Shown here piece after piece: positions 42,194 through 56,290 of a stretch of 64,000 bases of DNA. Below the pieces are notes generated by a model. The model ran no database searches and was not told the origin of the DNA. It saw nothing but the letters and a program-made list of their open reading frames with translations. This DNA comes from Octopus vulgaris (Eukaryota), in the NCBI GenBank assembly GCA_951406725.2, contig OX597820.1:17050001-17114000 (forward strand), written 5' to 3'. A program made the translations under genes and the position numbers. Positions within the stretch are counted from its first letter, which is position 1. Every line of letters starts with the position of its first letter.

Positions 42194-42362
42194 TCACTGC
42201 CTGAATCGAACTCAGAATCTTGGAATTAATAGCCCACGCTCTTAACCACTACTTAACCGCGCTCTTAACCACTAATTGCCCGTGGGCAATTATGGAGTAG
42301 TGGTTACGAGCACGAGCTACTAACCCCAAGATTCCGAGTTCAATTCCAAGCAGTGACCTGAA
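42188..42362. mobile_element. Back-to-back (diverging) inverted tRNA-like heads inside (ATT)n/(AAT)n
   Basis: Centre AATTGCCC-gt-GGGCAATT 42274-42291; A-box TGGAGTAGTGG, B-box GAGTTCAATTCC 42336-42347. Confidence 0.75.
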
Positions 42363-42374
42363 TAATAATAATAA

Positions 42375-42919
42375 CAGTACCAGACAGTGGCTCTCATGGC
42401 TTCTGATTTTAACTGATTGGAAGTGTTACCATGTACATTGTTTTGTCTTGGTATAAAAGATGAGCTACAGCAAATATTCTGCTCAATACCACAGATTTGT
42501 TTGTCAGTTGTTTAACCTTAAGCAGTTGAGCATGTCTTTTAGTGGCTGACGATATGTGCATCTCTGATCACGAGCAGAAGTAGTGGGGGAGCATCATAGC
42601 CATGTGCTGAAAGGAATTCTTAGAGGTTTGGATAATTCATCTTTGGAAACAAGGGTGGTTCTTTCAACATCCTTAAACAATCCTTATTCAGGGACCTTTT
42701 GAGCGGGATGGGCTACACGACCAGAAGAAAATTCTAAATGGGCCTCACCTGCAAGGTCATGCACTGTTTATCTTGATATGAGATAACCATGTCGTGCACA
42801 TAAGGTTGTGATGCATGTGCCTAGTGTACCCTTATCAGATGGGTAGTCATGATGGGTATACTGGGCTTCGTATATTTTACCCCAGTGTCACTTTGATAGC
42901 ATTCACTACTCTCTCACTC

Positions 42920-42920
<1 letters not shown>
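42375..42920 (+). mobile_element. (AAT)n-inserted non-LTR element 3' portion (Dong/R4-like targeting, inferred)
   Basis: Flanked by (AAT)n on both sides; its start is repeated on minus at ~965-1005, also abutting (AAT)n. Confidence 0.5.
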
Positions 42921-42979
<59 letters not shown>

Positions 42980-42980
<1 letters not shown>

Positions 42981-43135
42981 CAACAATAACGACAACGTCG
43001 AAAAATACCTTAGGAATGAGAACCCAGTATCGAAATTTCCCCAAGATACCTGATGAAGGCTGGAGTTGTGTTAACAACAAACAAGATGAGGACAAATATC
43101 CGTCAAATGTAAATAATGTAAACAATGTACATATA
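42980..43135 (+). mobile_element. Tail of the tRNA-head/HHR element, ribozyme internally deleted
   Basis: CCAAGATACCTGATGAAGGCTGGAG/TTGTGTTAACAAC, homologous to 18840-18960. Confidence 0.7.
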
Positions 43136-43374
43136 AATACGTATTATATTTTACATATAGTGTACATACATACATACATACATACATGCATACATACATA
43201 CACAAACACACACACATACACACACACACATATGCACACACACACACACACATATATATATAAGAATTCTTTTGCGTAATAAGATAAAAGAACCAAGGTT
43301 GTATAGATATTATAGTGTTTATAGATAGAAGGTCTTACAGCTGTTTCTAGGATATCAATTAATAATATCCCTTC

Positions 43375-43445
<71 letters not shown>

Positions 43446-44116
43446 GTTATCATCGTTTAATGTCATTTTGCCTCCCCTCCATGGGCTGCAAGACTCGGCA
43501 GGAACCAATGAGCCAGAGGAATGCGTCGAACTCCAGTGTCTACTTTGATATGGTTTCTTACGACTGGAGGCTTTTCCTAACACCAACAACTTTACAGAGT
43601 GTACTGGTTGCTTTTTACGTACCATCAACACGAGTGAAGTCACTCGTAAAACAAGATAATACTCGCAAGACTATACAAATTGCAGATCTTCCATCTGTGC
43701 TTTATTCCAGATATATCAATATTTTACATGTGTATGTAAAAGATATATTCTTATTAAAAGAAAATATATGCCGTTTCGCATATACATCAGTAATTTTGAC
43801 ATATAAATTTCAGATTCATATTATTTTTGCAGTTTTGTTGACTCGTGAGATCTCAGGCAAAAATTCTCATTAATACAGAATAATTTTTTCGCCATTTCCA
43901 AGAAATATGTTCCCGGGATTTTGTCAAAATAAATGATAAATGTGAAATGTAGAGAGAGAGAAAAATGTTATATCCAAGCCAAGGTTGTACAGGTAATAAG
44001 CAAACGTATTTGTTTTAACATTCCAAACATTTTCTAACGATAAATAAATTGTATACAAAATTTCAATTGAATTTTTGCATTTATATGTATCTTCTATGTC
44101 TGTATATGTGAAGTTT

Positions 44117-44213
<97 letters not shown>

Positions 44214-44590
44214 AGAATTGTATATGCATATATATATTTAAATATATGTATGCATATGTATATAAACATATGAATATATATAAATATATATGAATATATA
44301 TACATATATATTTATATATAAATATATATACGTATATATTTATCTATATTTACATATATATATACGTATATATATATACACATATATATTTATATATATA
44401 TACATATATATTATATATATATGTGTGTGTATATATATATATGTATACATACATATATATATATATATATATGTATATGTGTGTGCATATTAATAAATAA
44501 ATTTATATGTATATATGTATATATATATATGTGCATATTAATAAATAAATTTATATGTATATATGTATGCATATATATATATAATATATT

Positions 44591-44622
<32 letters not shown>

Positions 44623-45992
44623 TAAATTTATATGTATACACACACATATATATATATAAGTATATTTATAAATTATGTGCAGGATTTATTAGAATCACGG
44701 TATTTTGAAAATAATGACACCGAGTTAGGATCGAGATATCCGCGTATATACCTTATGCACATATATCAATGCATATACGAAATGCGCTAATATTTACATA
44801 TACATGCACATGAACAAGTCAAAATATATCAGTAATATCCTCTTTTACTTATTGCCGAAATGAGAGAGTCAACAAGCATTCCATATCATGATATTTTTTT
44901 GTGAACCGTATTTTAAAATTTAAATTTTATATTTTAAGTTTTTAAATCACCTGACATAAAAATAAACGGATATTTTCATTATGTAATCGGTTTATCCATC
45001 AATAAAAACGCGTCTGAAACCAGTGTAGTAAACCTTAACCCATTTATGTGTGTACGCACACACACACACAATACGTCAGCGCCATCTATTGCTAAACTAA
45101 ATAATGAACTTTCTCATTGTTTGCGTTATTGCTGTTATTTCTTTAATTTTGAATTAAGACTGCCTTCATTTTATCAAATTTAATAATACTGCGTTTGACT
45201 AGGAAAAGTATAGTTATAATCTTGCGCATGGGGAAGTCAAAATCTGGACGTGCGAGAAGAATTCCGACTGCGGATTCGGAACCAGCATCCTCGATTTAGT
45301 GTAAAACATCTACGTTTCCCCCAGGGGCAAAATCTTTGTTGTCCAATGTTATAAAGGTGGTTAATGCTTAATTTAAAAGCCAAAATGTCCAGGTACAATC
45401 GTCACTAAAGTGACTAAGGGTGCAGACTAGCACCAATAATTTTCATTTTACCATTTTACCGAATCAGTCACCGATTCCTATGGTATTTTCTATAAACTGA
45501 CAAGGCAAGTTCAATTTAACCCTAGGCAACAGCGTAAGTATCACTGATGTCACTGAGTTCACTCCGAAATCATCCATAATTTGATACTCCTCGCTTGCTG
45601 TAGGGAGGTTGTTCTCTATTGTCAGTCAATAGATAAATGCTTTGCCCATGGCTAAGAATTGCTTTGACTCTTATTTCTAGCAACGCTGGTGCTGGTGAAA
45701 CCAATGCAAATTAACGTGAGGTATGTTTAATATTCTTTCACTAGCCCGCTTTCAGCCACGTCTATATTTATTTGGGGCTTTTTACAATTTTTTGGAGGTC
45801 TCGGCACTTGAAGCATGCTGGAGATAGGTCGTTTTCGCACTTGCTCCATTAATATAATTATATTCATATGCATATTATTATTAATTATATATATATATAT
45901 ATATAGGGAGAGTTTAAAAAAAAAAAAGACGAGAACAGGTGGTATACAAAACAAACAGATGTATTAGTATAACGCTCAGGAATAGAAAAAGT

Positions 45993-46028
45993 CTTTTACG
46001 TTTCGAGCCTACGCTCTTCTACAGAAAG
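45993..46028 (-). ncRNA. Minimal hammerhead-like motif, CTGTAGA variant
   Basis: CTTT|CTGTAGA|A|GAGC-gtag-GCTC|GAAAC GTA|AAAG. Confidence 0.6.
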
Positions 46029-46756
46029 GGCCACAGAAAAAACAAGGAGAGAAACAAGGAGAGAAAAAATGTGTGTAGTGGCTAACGAATCCTATATGTG
46101 TGTCTATATAGATGTTTCCATGCAGGTTTGGAAGCAGTTGATCATAATTCACAGGTGGAGTATGTGTCTCACAATGCGACAAAGGTAGACCATTGAATTA
46201 CGATTATAATCAATTAATCAATCCCGTCTACCAGCTTCATTCAAGGTATGAGTGGTCACAAGACCATACCCTAGATGTCACACTTACCCTCGATGCCACG
46301 TTGTGAATTGAAAGCGGGATATCATGACTCAGAAACAAACTTCACTACAAATGATTCTTCGTTGTACCTGGTTAATTAAAGTGAGAAATGTACCTTTAAA
46401 TCCCTCAATAAAAATATATAATGTACCCAAATTCTGAGTTGTTTTCCAAACAGAGGTTGCCATACACTGTATGATATGCATAAATTTATAATTATGTGCA
46501 TCTGTATGCGTATGTATGTGTGTGTGTATTTGTATGTATATTAGTATATGTGTATGCATGAGTGTATGCGTTTGATAGATATAACAGATTATATAGTGCT
46601 GTATTAGATTTAATAAGATGTATTGTAATTATATCAAATAGTTATCAAAACTGTTGTAGCATACACATATATACACATCACACAGGCATATTTATATACT
46701 AGCGAACGTACATGCACACCGTATATACATATATATCACTCCCTCTTTCTTTCTTT

Positions 46757-46794
<38 letters not shown>

Positions 46795-46801
46795 AATTTA
46801 A

Positions 46802-46847
<46 letters not shown>

Positions 46848-47139
46848 ATATGTATATGTATATATACATATATATGTGGTACATATATGTATATATATAT
46901 GTCTACATATATGTTTGTATGTATGTATATGTTTGTATGTATATATATGTTTGTATGTATATATATATAGATACCTATATGTATCTGTATGCATGTGTGT
47001 ATATATATATGTTTGTATGTATATGCAAATATATATATATATATGTGTGTGTATATATGTTTGTATATATGTATATATTTGTATCTATATATATATATAT
47101 GTATATATGTATATATGATTATATCTATGTATGCATATA

Positions 47140-47183
<44 letters not shown>

Positions 47184-47285
47184 TGTATGTATGTATATGT
47201 ATATATATATATGTTTGTATGTATGTATATATATATATACTTATATATGTCTGTGTGTATGTGTATATATATATATGTTATGTAA

Positions 47286-47374
<89 letters not shown>

Positions 47375-47864
47375 GCATATGTGTGTATATAAGTTTAAAC
47401 AAATATTGAATACTTATGTATTTCACTTTTATGTATATGTTTACTCACACACTTGCGAATATCCGAAGCAAATTCGACAGAAATCACATTCGTTAGCTAT
47501 TATCGATAGAAAGCAATATTTTATCACTTTATATATCTACAGCAAAGAAAAACAAATACACAAATAAACCAACAAATAGTTATAAATTAATAACAACTTG
47601 GTGGATTTTATGATGAAACTTTGATTCTGTCGTCGTGTATATGAGATACATAATATTACTGATGAAGAATGCATTACAGCGGAAGTGGTTTATGGGAAAT
47701 GTATATGCTAAAGCGTAATATGGTGTTCAATAATGAATAAAACAGCATCGGTGGCAGACGATGTGGTAGAAAATACGTAGGAAGTAAGCAGGATGACTCA
47801 GAATCTGTTGGGTTATGGAAAAGTCAGAGGAAATTTAAACAAATTCTTAGAAGAGTTCATATAT

Positions 47865-48643
47865 TTTTCTTTACTACCCACAAGGGGCTAAACATAGAGA
47901 GGACAAACACGGACAGACAAACGGATTAAGTCGATTACATCGACGCCAGGGCGAACTGGTACTTTATTTAATCGACCCCGAAAGGATGAAAACAAAGTCG
48001 ACCTCGGCGGAATTTGGACTCAGAACGTAGCGGCAGACGAAATACCTATTTCTTTACTACCCACAATGGGCTAAACACAGAAGGGGACAAACACGGACAG
48101 ACGAAGGGATTAAGTCGATTACATCGACCCAAGGGCGAACTGGTACTTTATTTAATCGACCCCGAAAGGATGAAAACAAAGTCGACCTCGGCGGAATTTG
48201 GACTCAGAACGTAGCGGCAGACGAAATACCTATTTCTTTACTACCCACAAGGGCTAAACACAGAGGGGCCAAACAAGGGCGGACAGATGGATTAAGTCGA
48301 TTATATCGACCCCATTGCGTAACTGGTACTTATTTAATCGACCCCGAAAGGATGAAAGGCAAAGTCGACCTCGGTGGAATTTGAACTCAGAACGTAGCGG
48401 CAGACGAAATTCCTATTTCTTTACTACCCACAAGGGGCTAAACACAGAGGGGACAAACACGGACAGACGAAGGGATTAAGTCGATTACATCGACCCCAGG
48501 GCGAACTGGTACTTTATTTATCGACCCCGAAGAGATGAAAGACAAAGTCAACCTCGGCGGAATTTGAACTCAGAACGTAGCGGCAGACGAAATACCGCTA
48601 AGCATTTCGCCCGGTGTGCTTACGTTTCTGCCAGCTCGCCGCC
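47865..48643 (-). mobile_element. SINE family A tandem tetramer (~183-bp period) with one head and an 18-bp TSD
   Basis: TTACTACCC at 47871, 48054, 48238, 48421; TTAGAA(GA/CC)GTTCATATAT at 47847-47864 and 48644-48661. Confidence 0.9.
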
Positions 48644-49029
48644 TTAGAACCGTTCATATATGGTTCAGATATATTTGACTTGTAAAAGGACAACTGATAT
48701 AAATGCCTGTTTATTTCACAACATACTTTGCATACTTACTTACTATATAATATGTTGGAGTTTGGCGGTCGTCACTCACAGTCTCTGGATAATTTTCATT
48801 GGTTTTCCAAAAGGAAACTACGGCTTCCAGAGTCTTTTCACGGTTATTCCGCTCGGTGTAACGATAAATCGACTGGCGACATTTGAAGAGTTTTAAATGC
48901 ATTCATCGATATACATGAAGTGCTCTAAATCATTGTTGTTGCTTTAATACTTGTTGCCTAACGCGAGAATTTTCTCCATGGCAAACCGTAATGAAAATAA
49001 CATTTTTACGGGACAAATATCCCTAATAT

Positions 49030-49324
49030 TCTGTTGTGTATGGGGAGAGTCATTTTCTTTTTGTGCCTTATTATGTAACACACTCACCGATAAAATTTCC
49101 AGTTTTTTCTTATTTTTATTGTCCTAAAATTTATGTTGCGTCAACTATTGAAAAGGTTGCAAGACGCAACGAAAATTTTAGGAAAATAAAAATAAGTGGA
49201 AATCTTACCGGTGAGTGTGTTACATAATAAGGCACAAAATGAAAATGACTCTTCCCAGACAAAACAGAATATGCTTCAACACAAGAACTCATATAAAGAA
49301 TCTTGCAAACCAAATCCCAAAACG
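49030..49324. mobile_element. Fold-back HHR-like element with 15-bp TSD
   Basis: AAATATCCCTAATAT at 49015-49029 and 49325-49339; arms ~49026-49142 and 49163-49272. Confidence 0.8.
49145..49181 (+). ncRNA. Minimal hammerhead-like motif with U3-A8 core
   Basis: CTA|TTGAAAA|G|GTTGC-aagac-GCAAC|GAAAA TTT|TAG. Confidence 0.55.
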
Positions 49325-50429
49325 AAATATCCCTAATATATTTCAACTGATCTAATAATTTCTTTCTTCCGCAACACTGCTTCACGGTTAAACTATATGA
49401 ATAATGGCAGTGTATTTCATAGTGTGTATCTCAATTAAGCGGTATCCCGCATTCCTTCAGTAACAAACGTGGAATTGCTTTAAGTTTGACGAGGGTACCA
49501 TAACCATTCCTATAAAGGCTCTTTTTTTCGGTGAAAAACAAAACAAACCATCACAAATTATGTTCCTACAAATCATGTTAACTATTTATAGTTGGGTGCG
49601 TTTGGTCCATTAATAATTTGGGTACGGGTACGTACAACACAATGATTATCAACCCTTTTGAACTGTGATATATTCATCGCTATTTTTTAAAACCTTCAAC
49701 TAACGCTATTTTATCTGAACATTATCAGGTGTTATCTACTCTCAGCAAATTGAATAACAAGGATCTCTTTTCAAGTTTTTTTCTCTGCCATTCTTACATA
49801 TTTGCTATATGATAATTTAGTCAAGCCGTAGATGATATCAAGCCAGGTTGTTTTAGGTATTTCTCGCAGGCGTTTGCCATTTATCTTTCCTTTTGGTAAC
49901 AGTCTTTGTATACTTTATGCTCTTACTATTTGACCAAATTATGTTAGCTTTCTTTTTTTAATAATAGAGTAATGATCTTTTTGTATTTAGTAATTGTAGC
50001 ACTTCTTTTTACTTTAATGTTTTGTCCAAGTTATTTTTAACATCCTTCTATATGTACAAATTTCAAAAGCTTCAGTTTTGTCAGAGTTCTCACCAATGTC
50101 CATATAATGGGGTGAAACATAAGTAAAATTTCCATATTTTTCGTTTCTATATATATATTCCTTAACGAAATGCTTCCATATCTATAAAACGTTATATCCA
50201 TCACAGCATGGTTACTCAAAATGTAACTTAATTCTACATGATAACATCCCACATATAGCATGAATAGTAAAAAAAAAAACGAGAATAAAAAAAAACATTT
50301 CAAGCTGTCATTTGAGAAAGTCATGGATTAAGATGAGCTTCAAATTTGAAGTTGCAATGCATAATCATTAATGGAATATATATACATATATATACCTACC
50401 TACCTACACACACACACACACAATAAATA

Positions 50430-50575
<146 letters not shown>

Positions 50576-53500
50576 AATAGACGTACAGACCTGAAGTCTG
50601 TGCAACACACACACATTCATAAAAAGATATCTCCGCATATATCTATAATGGGTGTTAATCTGTGCATTTGATAATTAAATAGACATAGACGGGGATAAAT
50701 TGAGAGACCGATAGACTCGCCATGCATTTCGAGTGAGTATTTGACTGCTAGATTGATGGAGTTTTATGGGTGAAGAATCAAGTGGAATCGAAATTTAATG
50801 ATGCTAAATTACATCTTTTTATAGTCTCTCTAATAAAATAGCATCGGTATTTCTCAAATATCGCCGTCTTTTTATTTATATTCCATTGATTTGTATCTTT
50901 GCTTATGGATAGATGTACAACTGATATATATACACTTGAACACGTGAAAACTGACATATACATATGCAAGCACATACACATATGTACTTGCGTCTGCTAT
51001 ACTTGTGTATGTATTTTTGTATGTTTGCTCGTATGTGTCTGTGTATATATACGCGTATCTATATTTATTTCTCTATCTATTTCTTTATTAATCTATTTCT
51101 GTATGTATACATGTAATAAAATAAGGTGATGAACTGTACATGCAAAGAATTCAGTTATTGAGGATGTTACATATATCTTACAGGAGTTAAACATATCTTT
51201 ACAGCTGTTTCAAAACTTTGATAAATAGTTGATATAATAATGCAGAGTAGATAAACATGTGTACATAATGATAGTACTACGGATTAACTGGAATATTGAT
51301 GGAAGTTATAGATGAATGACTTGGTGTACGTATGAATTAAGTGTTCACTTGCTTCAGGTAAATTTTAATTCCACACATTGCTTTTTTTAAAGAGACCAAG
51401 AGTTTCCTCTTTTTATAGTTATCCTTAATGTTTTTAATCCTTGGCTTGGCCCCTAAAGGAGCTTGCTCTTCTTCCTTCTCCACAAGACGATGGAGAAGTG
51501 CTACTGGGAAGATGCTACCTTACCTTTTCTCATTTAGGAGTGAGTTAAGGGTGGAATTTCAGCCTACACTCAAAGCTGCAAACTGTGATGCGGTAAAGAC
51601 GCTATAAGAATTCCAGCTCCGATACCTGTAACTAGTGAAAGTCTAAAGACTTGAACCTGTTGTTCTTCTCCATCCTTTCTATCGCTTCTCGAGCTTTCGA
51701 AGCAAAAAGTCTTTCAAGTATCTCATACTATCGAACCTACAGCGACAGGCCTTTTCCATCTAACTATCAATCCCACTCTATTTATCTCTGCTCATATGCT
51801 CAATGCTCGATTGTGAACTTTTCATTTTCGGGACTCATTATTAATTGTAAGTTTATTCTGTTGCCCATCATGACTTATCACTGTTTGTTATCTGTACATC
51901 GACTTTGCACTATTACAACCCGAAGGCTACAACGAACTAGTGATGAAATTCGTTACCGATGCCCCTGAATATCATTCTTCCCACGTACTGGACACAAATC
52001 CGCGGCAAGGCATATAACTTTCAGTTTTAACTTAGTTGAGGCATAAATTTCCAGAGCACTCAAGGAATAACGTAAACCTTACAACGCTCACGGTGGGCGT
52101 CTTCCGGTTGTTTTGAGAACAACTGAAAGAACATGCCATTTCTAACGATACATAAATAGATGATACATTCAAGAAATTTGTTGCCTAATATACCTTTGTC
52201 AATGCACCGCTTTTTCCTTTGAGGTTAGTTATATAAAGTCTGTCTGTCTTGTATATGTTTATGCATGAAAAACTGCCATTCTGAAAATTATTCTTTTTCC
52301 TAGCATGGCGTTATAATCATGTCTATATGAATGTCACTGATGTTGTTGACACCGGGAAACACTATTAGTTTTTTCTATATATTAATGGTACTGTTTCAAA
52401 TAAGAATGACTTTACATTCATTTTTTCTTTCTATAACGTACGTGCGTTTTTATACACTTCTTTTATTATCATATATGTGTTCTGGTAATAATATTGTTTA
52501 GAATTTTGTTTCTTTCGTGGAATGCGAAGGGGAATTTCCATGGACATTTTTCTGTTGGCAGACAAACTGTGAAAAATATTTGCATAGGGAAACATATTTT
52601 TTGTCTTTTACCTAAACATTGCAAGAACAGACTTCCAAATTCTGAAATCTCTCTTTATGGGAATGAATTTAAAACAGCGACATTACTCCATGCAGTTATG
52701 TGCGGTAGAATCCTACGCTTTGAGAATCAACTGAAAAATTGCCATCTCTGTTCGAGTCCTGACTTCTGCTTCCCTCGAATTATAGAAGGATTAAATTGGA
52801 CAGCCACTTCATTTGCTCCGGAATTCCTGAACTAACTGGAAGGAGATTCGAGACAACTATAAGTATACAAAAAATAGCTACACGATCATGGCTGTGTGGA
52901 CGCCTCACCGGATTTAAAGGTACGTGTTCCACGGGGGCATAGTTTGATATAACTTTTCTGATCGTTGTAACGTGATTACTGATGGTTGAGTTTTGATTCA
53001 CTCAGGCCATAGGAAGTCCAATTTCATAAGCTTAGATTGACTCACACTTTTCATTAAAACTTGGAGGTGAGTCAGCTATTTTCAACTTTGTTTTGGAGAC
53101 CTTTAATATAGTTAACCAATGGAAACGCACAGCTAAATAACAAAAGTTCGTTGAGTGACAGATGAAATCCGAATGCCAGTAGCAGCTGAAATTACCTTAT
53201 TACCCATATTTTCTCTTTCTTCTCTATTTCGTTCTCATTCTTTGCTTCAGATGCCAGATATGAAAATTGTCAAAGTGTAGTACAAGGGTTTTGCTAATGT
53301 AAAAAAGAAATGGAATTGTGAAAGTATTTGTTCGTTTTCTGAAAAGCAATGTTTTGGACTTAAGACACTTTTGCATTATAGCAACGATATATTAGTGATT
53401 GAAAGACGAAGAGGGAAGGGTGCTGGCGATAAATCATAAAGGCATAATACGGATTTCTTTACGGTAAACTATATAACAATTTGTGATATAAGAATATTTA

Positions 53501-53639
53501 TCTAGTGATTAGTAGATAGATAGAAAGATAGATAGATAGATAGAAGGAGAATATAGAAAGAAGAGGTGAAGTCAGAATGGAAAGGATAAAAGATTTCAAA
53601 GAATTAATTGTGACGGTATAAATTAATTAGAAAATTGTT

Positions 53640-54470
53640 GGGGAGGGGGCCAGTCGATTACATCGTCCCCAGTACGCAACTGGTATTCAATTTATCGACC
53701 CCGAAAATATGAAAGGCATAGTCGACCTCTGCGGAATTTGAACTCAGAACGTAAAGACAGACGAAATACCTATTTCTTTACTGCTCACAAGGGACTACAC
53801 ACAGAGGGGACAAACAAGGACAAACGGATTAAGTCGATTATATCGACCCCAGTGCGTAACTGGTACTTATTTAATCGACCCTGAAAGGATGAAAGGCAAA
53901 GTTGACCTCGGCGGAACGTAGCGGCAGACGAAATACCGCTAAGCATTACGCCCGGCGTGCTAACGTTTCTGCCTGCTCGCCGCCTTTAAAATGAAGTCAA
54001 CCTTGGAGGAATTTGAACTCAGAAGGTAAAGAAGGACAAAATGCTGCTAAGCATTTCGGCCGGCGTGCTAACGATTCTGCCAGCACGCCGCCTTGAAACA
54101 TGCAATATAATCTTTTCTACTCTATGCACAAGGCCTAGAAATTTTGAGGGAGTTGGCCAGTCGATGAGATCGATTACAGTACGCAACTGGTATTTAATTT
54201 ATCGATCCCGAAAGGATGAAATGCAAAGTCGACCTTAGCGGGATTTGAACTCAGAACGAGCAAACGTTTCTTATTTCTTTATTGCCCACAAGGAGCTAAA
54301 CATAGAGGGGACAAACAAGAACAGACAAAGGGATTAAGTCGATTGCATCTACCCCAGTGTATAACTGATACTTAATTTATCGACCCGACCCCAAAAAGAT
54401 GAAAGGCAAAGTCGACCTCAGCGGAATTTGAACTCAGAACGTGCCAACGTTTCTGCCAGCTCACCGCCTT
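53640..54470 (-). mobile_element. Cluster/multimer of SINE family A
   Basis: Several partial units with tail-to-head junctions. Confidence 0.85.
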
Positions 54471-55114
54471 CCCGTTGTATATATATATTCATTAATACGT
54501 TGTTATGTATACATAACACTTAACACAACAAATCCTAGCGCTGGTCAAATATTTTTCATTGAAATGATATCTGTTAGTGTTCATACATTTACTTATTTGA
54601 ATGGGAGTATCAATTGTTGAACGGACGAATTTTGTGTGCATAGACAAAGGTAAAGTTACACTTACAAGCTGTAGAATACTTAACTTTAATATTTTGATTG
54701 TTGAAATTTTTATAGTATTTCCGATAGTTGCGGAAATGTTTGTCTTCATAATTTAGGAAATTTCTACTAATGCAATTACTTACTTGTCGATTACAAGGGG
54801 TGATGTACCATAATATATACAGTTTTCTATACATGTGTATTGTTTTTTTGTTTACGAATGTTTTTATCATTATTTCTAATGTATTTATTTTATTCGCAAA
54901 AATACTTCGTGATAGTACCTCATTATAGTAATTTGTAATCTTTATAAAACCAACTTTTGTGTGTACCAAACATTTCTGCCTAATAGCAATACATACATAC
55001 ATACATACATACATACAAACACACTCACACACATATACATACACATATATGTAGAGAGATAGATATACATACACACATATATACATATATATATATATAT
55101 ATGTACTTATGCAT

Positions 55115-55145
<31 letters not shown>

Positions 55146-55175
55146 CATAAATATGTGTATGTATATATATGTATG

Positions 55176-55208
<33 letters not shown>

Positions 55209-56084
55209 ATTTATTTATATATGTGTGTGTGTGTATGTATTATATACATCTATGTCTGTACACATAGGGGTATATACAAGATCACATTTAGCTTCCATTA
55301 ACTCTAGAGCTAAAGCGATTGTACTTAGCTTGTAGACGATTAGACGATAGGGATGTAATTGTATTACACTACGCTGCAAATTCTATATCAACTTTAAAAG
55401 GACTGTGAGAGTAATACCTCTAATTTCCAGATAGTTATCTCCTAGATTCATCAATCGATACAAAAATCAATTTGGTATTGTTTGTGAAGATGTTTTAGAG
55501 GAAATATTCCTTAAATTTAATGACGTTTCTGGTTTATCTATTACAGGACAAAAACATTTCCGTCATAAAGAGGATTAAGAGACAATACAATTTCATCTGG
55601 TTTGTTATCATGGAGTATTATCTGAGTATTACTAACTTCTTCACCGGATCATTAACTGTCTCTAATCACCATATTCTCGTATTAAAACTAGTCTGTCCCG
55701 CTGTTATCTTTTTTAATTAGTTCTAGTCCGTTGGTTGTGGCCATACTGGAATTCCGTATGTTAAACAAATTAGAAAAGAAAATCTCTTTCATTTGTATAT
55801 AATAAACTGTGATACATAAAACGATATCTCCTTTTTTCCATATTTATATCGTTTAAAAAAACATCTTGATTGAATATGTTTTAAAATTTTTATTGGGGTT
55901 TTCTGGATAAAAAAAATTGAAGTTTTCAGAGTAATTAGTTACTATATTTTACCCATAATGCTCACAAAACTGAATTAAATTTAATAAAAAGAATTTTGTA
56001 CAGAGCTGGTGATACAGTGTTGATAACATTTGTAATTAAATAACAGAAATGAACCGTGTCGATAGCTTTATAAAAAAATAATAA

Positions 56085-56290
56085 AGGCGGTAAACTGTCA
56101 GAATCGTTGGCACATCGGACAAAATAATTGGCGGTGGTATTTTAGGTTCTTTACGATTTGAGTTCAAATCCCGTTGAGGTCGACTTTGCCTTTCATCCCT
56201 TCAGCGTCGATACAATAAAATACCAGTAATGAACTAGGGTCGACATAATCGACGTGCCCCTTCCCTCAAAATTTCTGCCTTGAACCCTAT
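56085..56290 (+). mobile_element. Diverged SINE family A
   Basis: Homology to family A. Confidence 0.7.

Noticed and set aside
47865-48643. CRISPR-like or satellite array
   Set aside because: Units are whole SINE bodies with no unique spacers, in a eukaryotic context
51316-51539. Two-exon signal-peptide gene resembling ADP-ribosyl cyclase (EVLLGRCY)
   Set aside because: The EVLLGRCY motif is in a different frame from the hydrophobic stretch and has an upstream stop
52780-53001. RT fragment (LLPVSSGIP resembling SGVPQG)
   Set aside because: Single weak motif with no YADD or other supporting motifs
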